Source: Candidatus Poribacteria bacterium
Lineage (GTDB): Bacteria; Poribacteria; WGA-4E; UBA9662
Length of the DNA: 64,000 nt
Direction of reading: 5' to 3'
NCBI GenBank assembly: GCA_046582655.1
Contig: JAYGDX010000185.1
Coordinates: forward strand, 64,840-128,839
The position numbers and the translations under genes are program-made. Below are positions 50,801 to 60,696 of the stretch, piece by piece. How positions within the stretch are numbered: position 1 is the first letter of the stretch; every line of letters starts with the position of its first letter. Below the pieces are notes generated by a model, which was not told where the DNA came from, searched no databases, and saw nothing but the letters and a program-made list of their open reading frames with translations.

Positions 50801-51583
50801 TTGGGTCTATATGACGCCTTCCCGGATCAGGTTGCAGTGTTTATACTGGTCATGATGAGAACCGGGGCAGTCATATTCTCTGCTCCGGTTTTTGGCAGTC
50901 CAAATGTCCCTGCTCAGATCAAAGCAGCAACCACCGTTCTCTTCAGTTTGAGTCTTTTTCCGTTGATTGATATTCCAGACCAGCCAATTGGATTGGATAC
51001 GCTTGAGTTTATTCTGTATGCGCTTAGGGAGTCGCTGGTGGGTTTATTGTTTGGGTTTATTGTTTCATTATTCATGAATAGTTTCTTTATTGCTGGACAA
51101 ACGATAGATACGCAGATGGGGATTGGGATCACGAATATTATTGATCCTGTTTTAAGAACTAATATTCCGACTATGGGGCAAATTTGGTTTTTGGTAGCTA
51201 CGCTAATTTTTCTAGCCATTGGTGGCCCTTATTACATGATTAAGTCGTTGCTTTGGAGTTACGAGGTTCTCCCATTAAATAGTCTGAAGTTACCAAGTAC
51301 TTACGGTGCTGGCCTATTGCGATTTTCCGCTGATATGTGGCTAGTGGGACTGAAGATTGGTGCGCCTGCAATCGGCACCTTGTTGTTAACAATGATTGGC
51401 GTTGGAGTCATAGCTAAATCGGTGCCACAGATGAACGTGTTTATTGTCGGTTTCCCACTTACTTTATCGGTTGGCATATTAACCGTTTACCTGTCCATGT
51501 TCTGGTTTCAGCCATTGGTGGAGGACTTGTTTGTTGATCTCTTTAAAAGTATAGGGTTTTTCTTCAGTTCCGGTAGTATTTAA
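50801..51583 (+). CDS. fliR: FliR
   Basis: AGQTIDTQMG, PQMNVFIVGFP. Confidence 0.96.
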   Translation: MGLYDAFPDQVAVFILVMMRTGAVIFSAPVFGSPNVPAQIKAATTVLFSLSLFPLIDIPDQPIGLDTLEFILYALRESLVGLLFGFIVSLFMNSFFIAGQTIDTQMGIGITNIIDPVLRTNIPTMGQIWFLVATLIFLAIGGPYYMIKSLLWSYEVLPLNSLKLPSTYGAGLLRFSADMWLVGLKIGAPAIGTLLLTMIGVGVIAKSVPQMNVFIVGFPLTLSVGILTVYLSMFWFQPLVEDLFVDLFKSIGFFFSSGSI

Positions 51584-51596
51584 TTGAGAGCTTGTT

Positions 51597-52679
51597 ATGG
51601 CTGATCCAGAAAAAATATATCCTGCAACGCCGCATAAACGTAGTGAATCCAGGGAAAAGGGGCAAGTAGCAAAAAGCAACGAACTTACTACAACGCTGGC
51701 GCTTATCGCTGTTTTGTTATTTTTTTTCGTGGCTGGATATAACACGTATTACCATCTAGTCAATATTATGTATGGTGCATTCACTGCAATTGACAGTCAA
51801 TTAAATGCAGGAAAAACAATTCTCATATTTCTAGGTTTGATGGGCGTTGCCTTCAAGATCATCGCGCCTGTTATGATTGTCGCTGTTATAGTTGGTATTC
51901 TTGGAAATATTTTTCAAATTGGACTTATCTTTTCTGCTCAACCGCTGCAGCCGCAGTTGAGCCGCATTAATCCAATTAGCGGTTTTAAGCGTATCATGTC
52001 CATGCGGGGGCTATTTGAAGCTGCGAAATCGATTTTCAAGATTGTGTTAATTGGATATATTGTCTATGTCACAATAATGTCGAATTTAACGGATGTCCTT
52101 TCGCTGGTTGATGCTGATAAATCGAAAATTGCTGCTTTGTTTGTATCTACAATTGGTCGAGTTGGGTTTCAGGTGTTTTTGCGAGCAGCGCTCGCGCTGC
52201 TCTTTCTGTCGATATTTGACTTACTGTACCAGAGATGGCAGCATGAACAGGATATCCGGATGACGCGTGAAGAACTACGCGAAGAAATGAAACGAACCGA
52301 AGGCGATCCGGAGATCCGGCGTCGAATTCGTCGTGTACAACGGGAATTGTCTCAAGCCCGGATGATGCAAGCCATTCCTGAAGCAGATGCGGTGATTACA
52401 AACCCCGTACACTTGGCAGTTGCAATTAAATATGATTACGAGATAATGGATTCGCCGTACGTTGTGGCCAAAGGTGAACGGAAGGCTGCCATGCAAATTC
52501 GTGAAATTGCTGAAGAGCATGGAGTGCCGATTGTTGAAAATCCCCCACTTGCTCAAGCGTTGTACAAGAATGTAGAGGTTGGGGAAGCAATTCCAATGGA
52601 GTTTTATCAAGCTATAGCAGAGGTTCTGGCCTATGTTCATGAACTTACGAACCGATACAGAGGATTGTCTGTCGCATAA
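51597..52679 (+). CDS. flhB: FlhB
   Basis: REKGQVAKS, EGDPEI, TNPVH cleavage motif, VVAKG, ENPPLA. Confidence 0.97.
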   Translation: MADPEKIYPATPHKRSESREKGQVAKSNELTTTLALIAVLLFFFVAGYNTYYHLVNIMYGAFTAIDSQLNAGKTILIFLGLMGVAFKIIAPVMIVAVIVGILGNIFQIGLIFSAQPLQPQLSRINPISGFKRIMSMRGLFEAAKSIFKIVLIGYIVYVTIMSNLTDVLSLVDADKSKIAALFVSTIGRVGFQVFLRAALALLFLSIFDLLYQRWQHEQDIRMTREELREEMKRTEGDPEIRRRIRRVQRELSQARMMQAIPEADAVITNPVHLAVAIKYDYEIMDSPYVVAKGERKAAMQIREIAEEHGVPIVENPPLAQALYKNVEVGEAIPMEFYQAIAEVLAYVHELTNRYRGLSVA

Positions 52680-52698
52680 CTAAAGTAATAACAAGCTT

Positions 52699-54852
52699 AT
52701 GAATCAACCTGCAAAACTCATACAAGGACCTGCAAAACTCATACAAGGATATGGTGGGAGCGCCTTTATCGCCGTCAGTGTAATATCGATCCTATTGGTG
52801 ATGGTCTTCCCTATGCCGGGACGGTTTCTGGATTTCCTGCTGACATTCAACCTTACGTTTTCTATTGTCATTTTACTCCTTTCCATTTATGTGTCAAAAC
52901 CCCTTGATCTCTACATTTTTCCATCGTTGTTGTTGATTACAACTCTGTACCGGTTGGCTTTGAACCTAGCATCGACCAGATTGATTTTGTCTAACGCGTC
53001 ATACATAGATCCAAAAACCAATGTTGCCACTCCCAACTTACGCGCTGCAGGTGACGTTATTAAGGTTTTTGGTGAACTTGTAGGTGGTGATAATGCTGTT
53101 GTCGGTTTTATTATCTTCGTGATTTTGGTTACGATTCAATACATTGTTATCACTAACGGTGCGCAACGTGTGGCTGAGGTTCGTGCCAGATTCACCTTGG
53201 ATGCGATGCCCGGAAAGCAGATGGCAATTGATGCTGATCTCAATGCTGGTCTAATTGACGAAGAACAAGCGCGACAGCGAAGGAGGGATATTGAAGCTGA
53301 GCAAGATTTTTATGGTGCCATGGATGGTGCCAGCAAATTTGTTAAAGGAGATGCAATTGCGGCTATTATTATCGTCATTATTAATATTCTGGGTGGAATC
53401 GTGGTTGGTGTGGTGCAAATGGGCTTACCGTTTAGCGATGCGGTGAAAACTTATACCATCTTGACTGTTGGAGATGGACTTGTATCCCAGATTCCTGCTT
53501 TGGTGATTTCAACCGCGACAGGTTTGGTGATTACCAGGGCGTCGTCAGATGAGGACCTGGGTCAAGATGTTGCTCGGCAGTTGTTGTCACAACCAAAGGC
53601 GCTTATCGTAGCTGCAATTACTCTCGGATTTTTGATGGCACTCTCACCGTTACCGAGGCTCCCGCTTATTGTCGGAATAGTGACATTAATAGCCTTGGCT
53701 GTGTATTTATTGAATAAAGAAAGTTTTGAGGCAGCAGAAGCAGAAATGGAGCAAGAGGAACGGCAAGGGGGTTTGGCTCAGGAAAGGTTGCAAACTCCTG
53801 AAGTTGATCCCATTTTAGTGAAAATTGGCTATGGTCTGATCCCATTTGTCGATGAAGAACAGGGTGGTGACCTGCTTGACCGTGTTCCCAAACTTAGAAC
53901 ACGATTAGTCAACGACCTTGGGTTTCCGGTTCCCCTTATTCGCGTTCGTGATGATCTTCTTCTAGGTGCAACAAAGTATATAATTGAGCTATGGGGTGTT
54001 ATGGTTGCGGAAGGTGAACTTGTTCCGGGACACATGATGGCTCTGAGCCCCACTGGGATGACACGCCGAACGATTGAAGGGATTGAAACCATTGAACCTA
54101 TTTATGGTCATCCAGCCCTGTGGATTCTTGAAGCTAATCAGCAGGAAGCAAGAGACGCTGGCTATGCAACGGTTGTGAGTCCGGATGACGTGTTGATTAC
54201 CCATTTAGAAGATGTTATCAAACGGAATGCCGCCGATTTACTTTCTCTACAGATTACGCAAGATTTGGTTGAGGCCCAACGTGAGGCCAACCCCACAGTA
54301 GTTGAGGCTGTCATCTCTGAACGCGCTTTAACTATAGTTGATGTCCAGAAGGTGCTCAAGCTCTTACTTGAAGAGCAGGTACCGATTCGCAATCTGCAAA
54401 TAGTTCTGGAAACGTTAGCCGATTATGGACGTGAAATCAAAGAAGCTTCGGAACTCGCAGCTTACGTTCGACAGGTTTTACGTCGCGAAATTACAAATCA
54501 GCACCTAACTGAAGAGGGTGGATTGGCGGTTGTTATGCTCTCTCCTGCCCTACAGCAATTGCTGAGCCAGGTTATCCAAGCAAACGAGGCTGTTGATCCA
54601 AGTGTAATTCAACGGATGCTGGAAAATTTATCGCAGCAGATTCAAGAAGCTTCAGACCGTGGCATCCGTCCTGTCGTTCTTGTTTGTCCTGGTACGATTC
54701 GTTATGCACTTCGTAACATGATTGCCTCATCTCTACCAAGTTTACCAGTCATTGCCTATGAAGAAATGGCACCTAAGGTTGCATGGGAAACAGTAGGGGT
54801 TGTCGATGCCAATCCACCGACTACAGACAGTAGTCAGGATTCCGCATCATAG
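52699..54852 (+). CDS. flhA: FlhA
   Basis: RFTLDAMPGKQMAIDADLNAG, FYGAMDGASKFVKGDAIA, GDGLVSQIP. Confidence 0.98.
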   Translation: MNQPAKLIQGPAKLIQGYGGSAFIAVSVISILLVMVFPMPGRFLDFLLTFNLTFSIVILLLSIYVSKPLDLYIFPSLLLITTLYRLALNLASTRLILSNASYIDPKTNVATPNLRAAGDVIKVFGELVGGDNAVVGFIIFVILVTIQYIVITNGAQRVAEVRARFTLDAMPGKQMAIDADLNAGLIDEEQARQRRRDIEAEQDFYGAMDGASKFVKGDAIAAIIIVIINILGGIVVGVVQMGLPFSDAVKTYTILTVGDGLVSQIPALVISTATGLVITRASSDEDLGQDVARQLLSQPKALIVAAITLGFLMALSPLPRLPLIVGIVTLIALAVYLLNKESFEAAEAEMEQEERQGGLAQERLQTPEVDPILVKIGYGLIPFVDEEQGGDLLDRVPKLRTRLVNDLGFPVPLIRVRDDLLLGATKYIIELWGVMVAEGELVPGHMMALSPTGMTRRTIEGIETIEPIYGHPALWILEANQQEARDAGYATVVSPDDVLITHLEDVIKRNAADLLSLQITQDLVEAQREANPTVVEAVISERALTIVDVQKVLKLLLEEQVPIRNLQIVLETLADYGREIKEASELAAYVRQVLRREITNQHLTEEGGLAVVMLSPALQQLLSQVIQANEAVDPSVIQRMLENLSQQIQEASDRGIRPVVLVCPGTIRYALRNMIASSLPSLPVIAYEEMAPKVAWETVGVVDANPPTTDSSQDSAS
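52708..52749 (+). repeat. 21-bp exact tandem duplication at the flhA 5' end (PAKLIQG x2)
   Basis: CCTGCAAAACTCATACAAGGA repeated twice. Confidence 0.9.
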
Positions 54853-54887
54853 GAATTGAACCTAATAAAGGGTAGTGGAGAACCTTA

Positions 54888-56024
54888 ATGCGTATCAAAA
54901 CTTATGAGGCTGATACGATGCAAGACGCAATGGACCAAATTAAGCAGGATTTGGGACCTAACGCGTTAATCCTCAATACTCGTCAAGTTACCAAAAGTGT
55001 CAAATGGTTTGGCTTAGCAAAAAAACATATCATTGAGGTTGTTGCTGGCATCGCTACCCCAAAAAGGACAGCATCGGAATCATCTTCAGCATTGGTTCCA
55101 GTCCCAACTATCGATTCGCCCGCTGACCAATCAGAAGACTCCGTTGTGGAGGGCAAAACAGTTGAAGCTATTGCCTTGAGGAACATCAGAAGCGCGCTTG
55201 ATGATGTATATCAACACCAGATTGAAAGGGGAGTCAACAAAGAACTTTCACAAAGGCTAGTATATATCCTTGATGATATTATTTCTAATGCCATATCTCA
55301 TAATCGTAAACTTGAAACTAAAACGATTAGACAGGATTTTAACGATCGGCTTTCACAAGTAATCCAGGTTTCTGGTGGAGTCGATTTTAACGTTGAGGAA
55401 CAGCAGGTTATCGCGCTCGTTGGTCCTACGGGGGTTGGAAAGACAACAACCGTAGCGAAACTAGCGGCTGTATTTTCAGTGTTGAATTATAAAACAGTAG
55501 GGCTAATTAGTATTGATGCTTACCGTATTGCTGCCTACGACCAGTTGAAAACTTACGCGGAGATTATTGGTCTTCCTGTTGAACTTGCTTTAAGTCCTCA
55601 AGGTGCCCGAGATGCAATAGACAAATTTGCAGATCAGGACATCATTATTGTTGATTCGGTAGGAAGAAGCCCAAATCATCAGATTCACATGGCTGAACTA
55701 CGTGGATATATGCAAGTTATTCGACCGACAGAGGTACATCTCACGGTTAGCGCGTCTGTGAAATTTGAGGATCTAGTAAGAATCGTGGATCGATATAAAA
55801 CGCTTGACGTGAGTAGAATCATTTTTACAAAACTGGATGAAACGGTTGCGTTGGATACAGTAGTCAATGGCGCCTACTATACTAAATATCCAATCAGCTA
55901 TTTGGGGGTTGGTCAGACTGTACCAGATGACCTTGAGGTCGCGAATATCGAGAAAATGTCTAACTTTTTACTTGCGAAGCAGGATTTGGATAAGGTCCTT
56001 GAGAGGTTGAATGAACCGATTTAA
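54888..56024 (+). CDS. flhF: SRP-type GTPase FlhF
   Basis: MRIKTY, GPTGVGKTTT, DAYRIAA, DSVGR, TKLDE, GQTVPDDL. Confidence 0.96.
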   Translation: MRIKTYEADTMQDAMDQIKQDLGPNALILNTRQVTKSVKWFGLAKKHIIEVVAGIATPKRTASESSSALVPVPTIDSPADQSEDSVVEGKTVEAIALRNIRSALDDVYQHQIERGVNKELSQRLVYILDDIISNAISHNRKLETKTIRQDFNDRLSQVIQVSGGVDFNVEEQQVIALVGPTGVGKTTTVAKLAAVFSVLNYKTVGLISIDAYRIAAYDQLKTYAEIIGLPVELALSPQGARDAIDKFADQDIIIVDSVGRSPNHQIHMAELRGYMQVIRPTEVHLTVSASVKFEDLVRIVDRYKTLDVSRIIFTKLDETVALDTVVNGAYYTKYPISYLGVGQTVPDDLEVANIEKMSNFLLAKQDLDKVLERLNEPI

Positions 56025-56094
56025 TATTACCTAGATTTTAAGACAGTTATGTAGCATTAACAGCTTATTATATATTGGCATATATTGTGCTAAA

Positions 56095-56123
56095 TTGCCA
56101 TTCTAGCTTGGGTGTGTTAGAAT
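56095..56123 (+). promoter_or_regulatory. Internal sigma70-type promoter for flhG
   Basis: TTGCCA-N17-TAGAAT with TG extension. Confidence 0.55.
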
Positions 56124-56157
56124 GCCCCGTCCTTGAAGGCAGAAAAAATATAAGGAA

Positions 56158-57018
56158 ATGGCGTCTAGAGAGTCCGATCAGGCAGCAAGTCTTCGTAAGT
56201 TAGCTTCTCCAACACGAGTCGTTACGTTCGCTAGCGGAGGGATAGGGACGGGGTATACAACGCTGCTGGCAAATATCGTTGTTGAGCTGGTTAGTCAAAC
56301 TGACTGGAAAGTTCTAATTTTTAGCACTCGTGGGGACTATAAACTCAATAACATATCAAATCTGTACGAAATTATTGGGGCTTCTGAGCCGTATGATCTC
56401 GAATCTCCAAGTGACAATGTTATAAAAATTAGATCAACCCGGTATAATAATTTAGACACTTTTTCAGTACTGGACAATTTGAGTCTGGTGGATAGAGATG
56501 TCAGCGAGATCCATAAATTGGAGATGCAGTTTAAGGAATTTGCTAAGGAATATGACTTGGTTGTCATGGAACTAGGGCATATTGATGAATATAAAGATAA
56601 ATTTTCTCAACTTTCCAATGAGTTTATCACTGTCACAACGACAGAGAAAGATGCCAGAACCAAGTGTTACGCATTAATAAAAAATGCTTTTGATGTAAAC
56701 GAACAAATAGATGTAAAATTAATAGTAAACATGGTGGGAAGCGACTCGGTCGAATTTAATCAGGTAGGTGAAGGTATTCAGAAAGTTGTGAGGCAATTTT
56801 TAGAAAAGGATATAGAATTGCTCGATAGTGTTCCAATGTCTGCTGATGTGCCAACAGCTAGTCGTCACGACATGCCTTTTGTAGAGAAGTTTCCTGACTG
56901 TGATGTGACGGTGTCTATAAGGCATATTGTCACAAAATTACAAGAAAATCATGAGGAATATAAAACAACATTAGTTAAGTTGGGAGCTTTATTGGTAAGC
57001 CAACTTAACGTAACCTAG
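56158..57018 (+). CDS. flhG: FlhG/FleN (MinD-like) with degenerate ATPase motifs
   Basis: DQAASLR motif, YALIK, LIVNMV, QFL, PFVEKFP; position after flhF; P-loop SGGIGTGYT. Confidence 0.85.
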   Translation: MASRESDQAASLRKLASPTRVVTFASGGIGTGYTTLLANIVVELVSQTDWKVLIFSTRGDYKLNNISNLYEIIGASEPYDLESPSDNVIKIRSTRYNNLDTFSVLDNLSLVDRDVSEIHKLEMQFKEFAKEYDLVVMELGHIDEYKDKFSQLSNEFITVTTTEKDARTKCYALIKNAFDVNEQIDVKLIVNMVGSDSVEFNQVGEGIQKVVRQFLEKDIELLDSVPMSADVPTASRHDMPFVEKFPDCDVTVSIRHIVTKLQENHEEYKTTLVKLGALLVSQLNVT

Positions 57019-57203
57019 AAGGAACTTTTTGCTGCCTACATGTTGACTTCAAAAGTAGTTCAAGGTGGAATGATTTATTAGTATTTGATAAATGTAATAA
57101 CGAAGAATAGAGTAGGCTCGGATTCAGAAGTAAAGATAAATCGGCGTATGAGTCTTGCTGAATAAGTGCTATAAGTAAACCTAAGAAAATTGGAGGATGT
57201 GAG

Positions 57204-57992
57204 ATGCAAGATCAAGATGATCTCCTTGAAGAGGAAGAGGTATACGAGGAAGAGGCAATAAGCCGTGAGGTTAATCTTCACATGAGGGTTGGTGTCAGAT
57301 TTGAAGACATTGAAACGAGGATTCTTGACATAGATCGCGAAACGGGCGAAGTGAAATTCCTATCTCCGATGAAGGGACCGAGACCACGTCCTGTCAAGAC
57401 TGGAACAATTATTGAAGCGGTTGTTCCAATGTCGAATGCGGGGCAAGAAGACATAGAAATTGAGCTCGTTGCCATGGAGCAATTTCAGGATACTAAGGAT
57501 GAAGCGTGGTACATTATTGCAGAGCAGGATGGAATTGATTGGGAAGATTGGCTAATCAAAAGACGGGAATACGTTAGAGAGAAAACAAGTTTTCCTGTTA
57601 GTTTTTGGCTAATAGGAGATGAGGAAAACGTCTTTGAAACAACTTGCGAAAACATTAGCGGGTCTGGGCTAAAAGTAACTTTGGAGCTTGAAGGCGTAAG
57701 AGATTGTCCCTTAAATGTGAGTGATGAGATAGCGCTTCATCTAAATATGCCTCCAATCATGGACTTGGAAGGCTCTCCGATTCTAGACCAAGGAGATAGC
57801 CATCTTGAGTTACCTCCTTTTTCAGCCAAGATTGTGAGAGCTCACGAAATCGATTCTCGATCGATACACACGAAGAGGTGGGTAATGGGGATTTCGTATG
57901 AGTATTCTGAAGAAGATGAAGACATTGAGGATTACCTCATCCGGTATGTTCTTAAGTTGCAAATTGTCAACGAAGCTGCAAAGAGGTCTTAG
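57204..57992 (+). CDS. PilZ-domain flagellar brake-like protein
   Basis: RREYVR and NISGSG c-di-GMP motifs; position after flhG. Confidence 0.8.
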   Translation: MQDQDDLLEEEEVYEEEAISREVNLHMRVGVRFEDIETRILDIDRETGEVKFLSPMKGPRPRPVKTGTIIEAVVPMSNAGQEDIEIELVAMEQFQDTKDEAWYIIAEQDGIDWEDWLIKRREYVREKTSFPVSFWLIGDEENVFETTCENISGSGLKVTLELEGVRDCPLNVSDEIALHLNMPPIMDLEGSPILDQGDSHLELPPFSAKIVRAHEIDSRSIHTKRWVMGISYEYSEEDEDIEDYLIRYVLKLQIVNEAAKRS

Positions 57993-58057
57993 AAACACTA
58001 ATTTTTTTAACCATTTTGAATAATGATCTATGTTTATAAGGGGTAAGTTATATTCGA

Positions 58058-58273
58058 ATGAATGATTTTACTCAACAATTAAGCGCTATACTTAGTGTTT
58101 CCGTTTTCTTCGTTGTATTGTTTCTTTCTATCTTTGTCGGGAAGTTTCATCATAATATTCTTGTTCCATTTCAGTGGGCGACTTATGCTTTGCTACTGTC
58201 GCTTGTTGCTGGGATGGGATTGGGGGCATTATTTGAGTTTATTAGAAGTGACAGTGAGAAGGAAACAGATTGA
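58058..58273 (+). CDS. Small 2-TM hypothetical protein upstream of fliA
   Basis: Two hydrophobic segments; co-oriented in the cluster. Confidence 0.55.
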   Translation: MNDFTQQLSAILSVSVFFVVLFLSIFVGKFHHNILVPFQWATYALLLSLVAGMGLGALFEFIRSDSEKETD

Positions 58274-58339
58274 CTTGTCCTCTAGTATGATACCAATTGA
58301 AAACAGTAATGCGCTGATAAAGTGCAGGTTTCTTAGCGC

Positions 58340-59110
58340 ATGATGGCTGAATGTATCAGTGAAGAGGAACTGTGGAGCCGATTTAGGAGTAAAAACGATG
58401 CTTCCGCTCGAGAGAATCTTATCCTAAAGTACATGGGGTTGGTAAAGTATGTGGTTGATCGCCTTTCCATGAGGCCTCCTTCTACTATCGAATACAACGA
58501 TTTGTATAGTTGCGGCATTATTGGTTTGGTTAGCGCAGTAGACCGATTTGATCCCAGTCTTGGCAATAAATTTCAGACATATGCTGTTTGTAGAATTCGT
58601 GGTGAGATATTAGACGAATCTAAGCGCATGGGGTGGGTACCTCGTCCGTTATATAAGAAAAACATTGAAATAGAACAAGTCTTTGCTTCTCTCCAAGCCC
58701 AACTTGGCCGGCCAGCGGAAGAGGAAGAAGTTGCTGAAGCCATGTCAATTGAGTTAGGGGAATTACAACAGGCGATTACGGATTACAGTCGAGCATCTTT
58801 GGCTTCGCTTTATGATATTGTTAGTGGCAATCAAGGCGAAGATGAGGAAGTGTATCTGATAGACTTGTTGGGTGATCCTGACACTGAAATAGCTGAATCG
58901 GTGGAGCGGGAAGAGATGGAGCACCTGATTGCCATAGAAATTGATAGGCTTCCAGAACAGGAAAAGAAAGTTGTTGCTCTTTACTATAAGGAGAATTTAA
59001 CCCTTAAGGAAATTGGTGTTCTGCTACGGGTTACAGAATCTCGCGTGTCTCAGATACATGCTAAAGCAATGCTTAGAATACGAGGTCGGTTGAGAACACT
59101 TTTAGAGTAA
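58340..59110 (+). CDS. fliA: Flagellar sigma factor (sigma28)
   Basis: FQTYAVCRIRGEILDE, WVPR, LTLKEIGVLLRVTESRVSQIH. Confidence 0.96.
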   Translation: MMAECISEEELWSRFRSKNDASARENLILKYMGLVKYVVDRLSMRPPSTIEYNDLYSCGIIGLVSAVDRFDPSLGNKFQTYAVCRIRGEILDESKRMGWVPRPLYKKNIEIEQVFASLQAQLGRPAEEEEVAEAMSIELGELQQAITDYSRASLASLYDIVSGNQGEDEEVYLIDLLGDPDTEIAESVEREEMEHLIAIEIDRLPEQEKKVVALYYKENLTLKEIGVLLRVTESRVSQIHAKAMLRIRGRLRTLLE

Positions 59111-59140
59111 TCTGATTGATGGGATGTTAAGGAGTTTATT

Positions 59141-59452
59141 GTGTCGATCCAGATTGACCCAGTACATGTTCCTCTGCAATTTCTTTCGGTGCAGCAGATG
59201 CAAGATGTTCGAGCACAGGAAACGATCGCACCCGAAAGTTCGCTTCCTAACGAGACTTTAAAATTAAGCGATTATAGAATGTCCCAAGTTCCGGACACAC
59301 CAAGAACTGAGAATAGCGAAATACAAGAACGAGAGAATCAGCGGAAGAATAATCTGTATTATCAATCTCGTAAGAGAGAGAAGACAAAACCTCTCAGAAT
59401 TCGTGCGACGGTGGATCCTGAAGAAAGTCACATTGTCAACGTAACGCTTTAA
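59141..59452 (+). CDS. Hypothetical flagellar-locus protein
   Basis: AAGGAG RBS and GTG start; polar sequence ending HIVNVTL. Confidence 0.55.
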   Translation: MSIQIDPVHVPLQFLSVQQMQDVRAQETIAPESSLPNETLKLSDYRMSQVPDTPRTENSEIQERENQRKNNLYYQSRKREKTKPLRIRATVDPEESHIVNVTL

Positions 59453-59467
59453 AATTGCGGTTTCCAA

Positions 59468-60628
59468 ATGCATAAAGAACCAAGTTCATCTCCAGAAAAC
59501 GTATCCTCTGATTCGGAAAACCCCTTAGACGATAGCTCTATTGATGAGAACTATCCTTCTACCGGTTTGGCAGATGACCATTTGCATCATACGATCGCGG
59601 CACTTGAAACCGAGTTAGATGTAGCTGAAGAAATTAAGCGGGATCTTGAGAATACCAAACAAAAAATCGATCAGTTAAATCAGCAGATTCAAACCGCGAG
59701 AAATGAAGCGGAAGAAGCCCAATCCGAGCTTGACACGTTACAAATGGAGGAAGCTCGGGTAAGAGCGGAGCTTGAGGTGACTAGAAGCGAACGAGTTCGT
59801 GTTGAAGGTGCCATTCGCCAAATTCGGCCTCAGATTGATCAACTTAAACAGGAAGGGATTCGGGCCAAGGAGGAACTTCAGGAATCTCATCGACAACTTC
59901 AAATTGCTAAGAATGCAAGGGATAGGGAAAAATCGGAACTCGAGAAAATCAAACAGGCACTGTATGCGACTGTGGCGCTAGAAGCGCAGATACAAGCGGA
60001 AATCGAATCAAGCCGTCTGACTCTTGAAAAGGATCGTCTCCAAACCCAGGAAATTCAGGATCGTCTTAAGGATGGGCACAAAAAGCTTGAGGCGATTCGG
60101 TCTAAAGCTGATCAGGCACACCTTGAATTGCAGGGGGCGCGTGTTGAAGAAGCCAAGATAAAAGCTGAGCTAATCGCTAGTCAGGAAGATAAGCAGCAGG
60201 AACCTGCTGATCAAGGCAAGCTTGAACAAGACCGAGAAGATGATGCTCAAGATGATGGAACGGAGGGGTCGAGTCTTTCTTTGATAAAACGCATAGTACA
60301 CTCGGATCTCGACTTGATTATGAAGTCACCTGAAATTCCCTCAAAGCTGGTTAAAAGAGTAGAGATTGAGGGGAATTTAGATGATGGGGTGTCTGCTTCC
60401 ATGGATACTGTACCTAATGTGGCTGAGTCAGAAGTCGTAAACCAAGGGAAGAGCATAGAGCGAGAAGGTGGAGATATTAAAGCTCTCAGTCAACGTTTGG
60501 AACACAACAAGATCTATGAACTTGCTGATGCAGGTCATGAAATTGATGAAATATCGCATGTAACAAATATTGCCAAAGGTCAAATTAAATTACTGTTGAG
60601 GATGCGGGATTTAAAAGAAAGGGCTTAG
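59468..60628 (+). CDS. Long coiled-coil protein with a C-terminal HTH-like domain (DUF2802/DUF6115-like)
   Basis: About 200 aa of heptads; IYELADAGHEIDEISHVTNIAKGQIKLLL. Confidence 0.65.
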   Translation: MHKEPSSSPENVSSDSENPLDDSSIDENYPSTGLADDHLHHTIAALETELDVAEEIKRDLENTKQKIDQLNQQIQTARNEAEEAQSELDTLQMEEARVRAELEVTRSERVRVEGAIRQIRPQIDQLKQEGIRAKEELQESHRQLQIAKNARDREKSELEKIKQALYATVALEAQIQAEIESSRLTLEKDRLQTQEIQDRLKDGHKKLEAIRSKADQAHLELQGARVEEAKIKAELIASQEDKQQEPADQGKLEQDREDDAQDDGTEGSSLSLIKRIVHSDLDLIMKSPEIPSKLVKRVEIEGNLDDGVSASMDTVPNVAESEVVNQGKSIEREGGDIKALSQRLEHNKIYELADAGHEIDEISHVTNIAKGQIKLLLRMRDLKERA

Positions 60629-60696
60629 TCGAAAAAGTGTAGAATTTTCTTAACTATAGACCAAATATGGTGGAAAAATTGGGAGACTACTGATAA

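Noticed and set aside
38307..54852. Non-flagellar (injectisome) type III secretion system
   Set aside because: motA/B, flgB, fliE, fliM, flhF, fliA and fliD mark it as flagellar; no secretin or needle genes seen.
57019..57203. 185-bp gap as a possible che gene remnant or sRNA
   Set aside because: No recognisable coding remnant, hairpin or convincing promoter.
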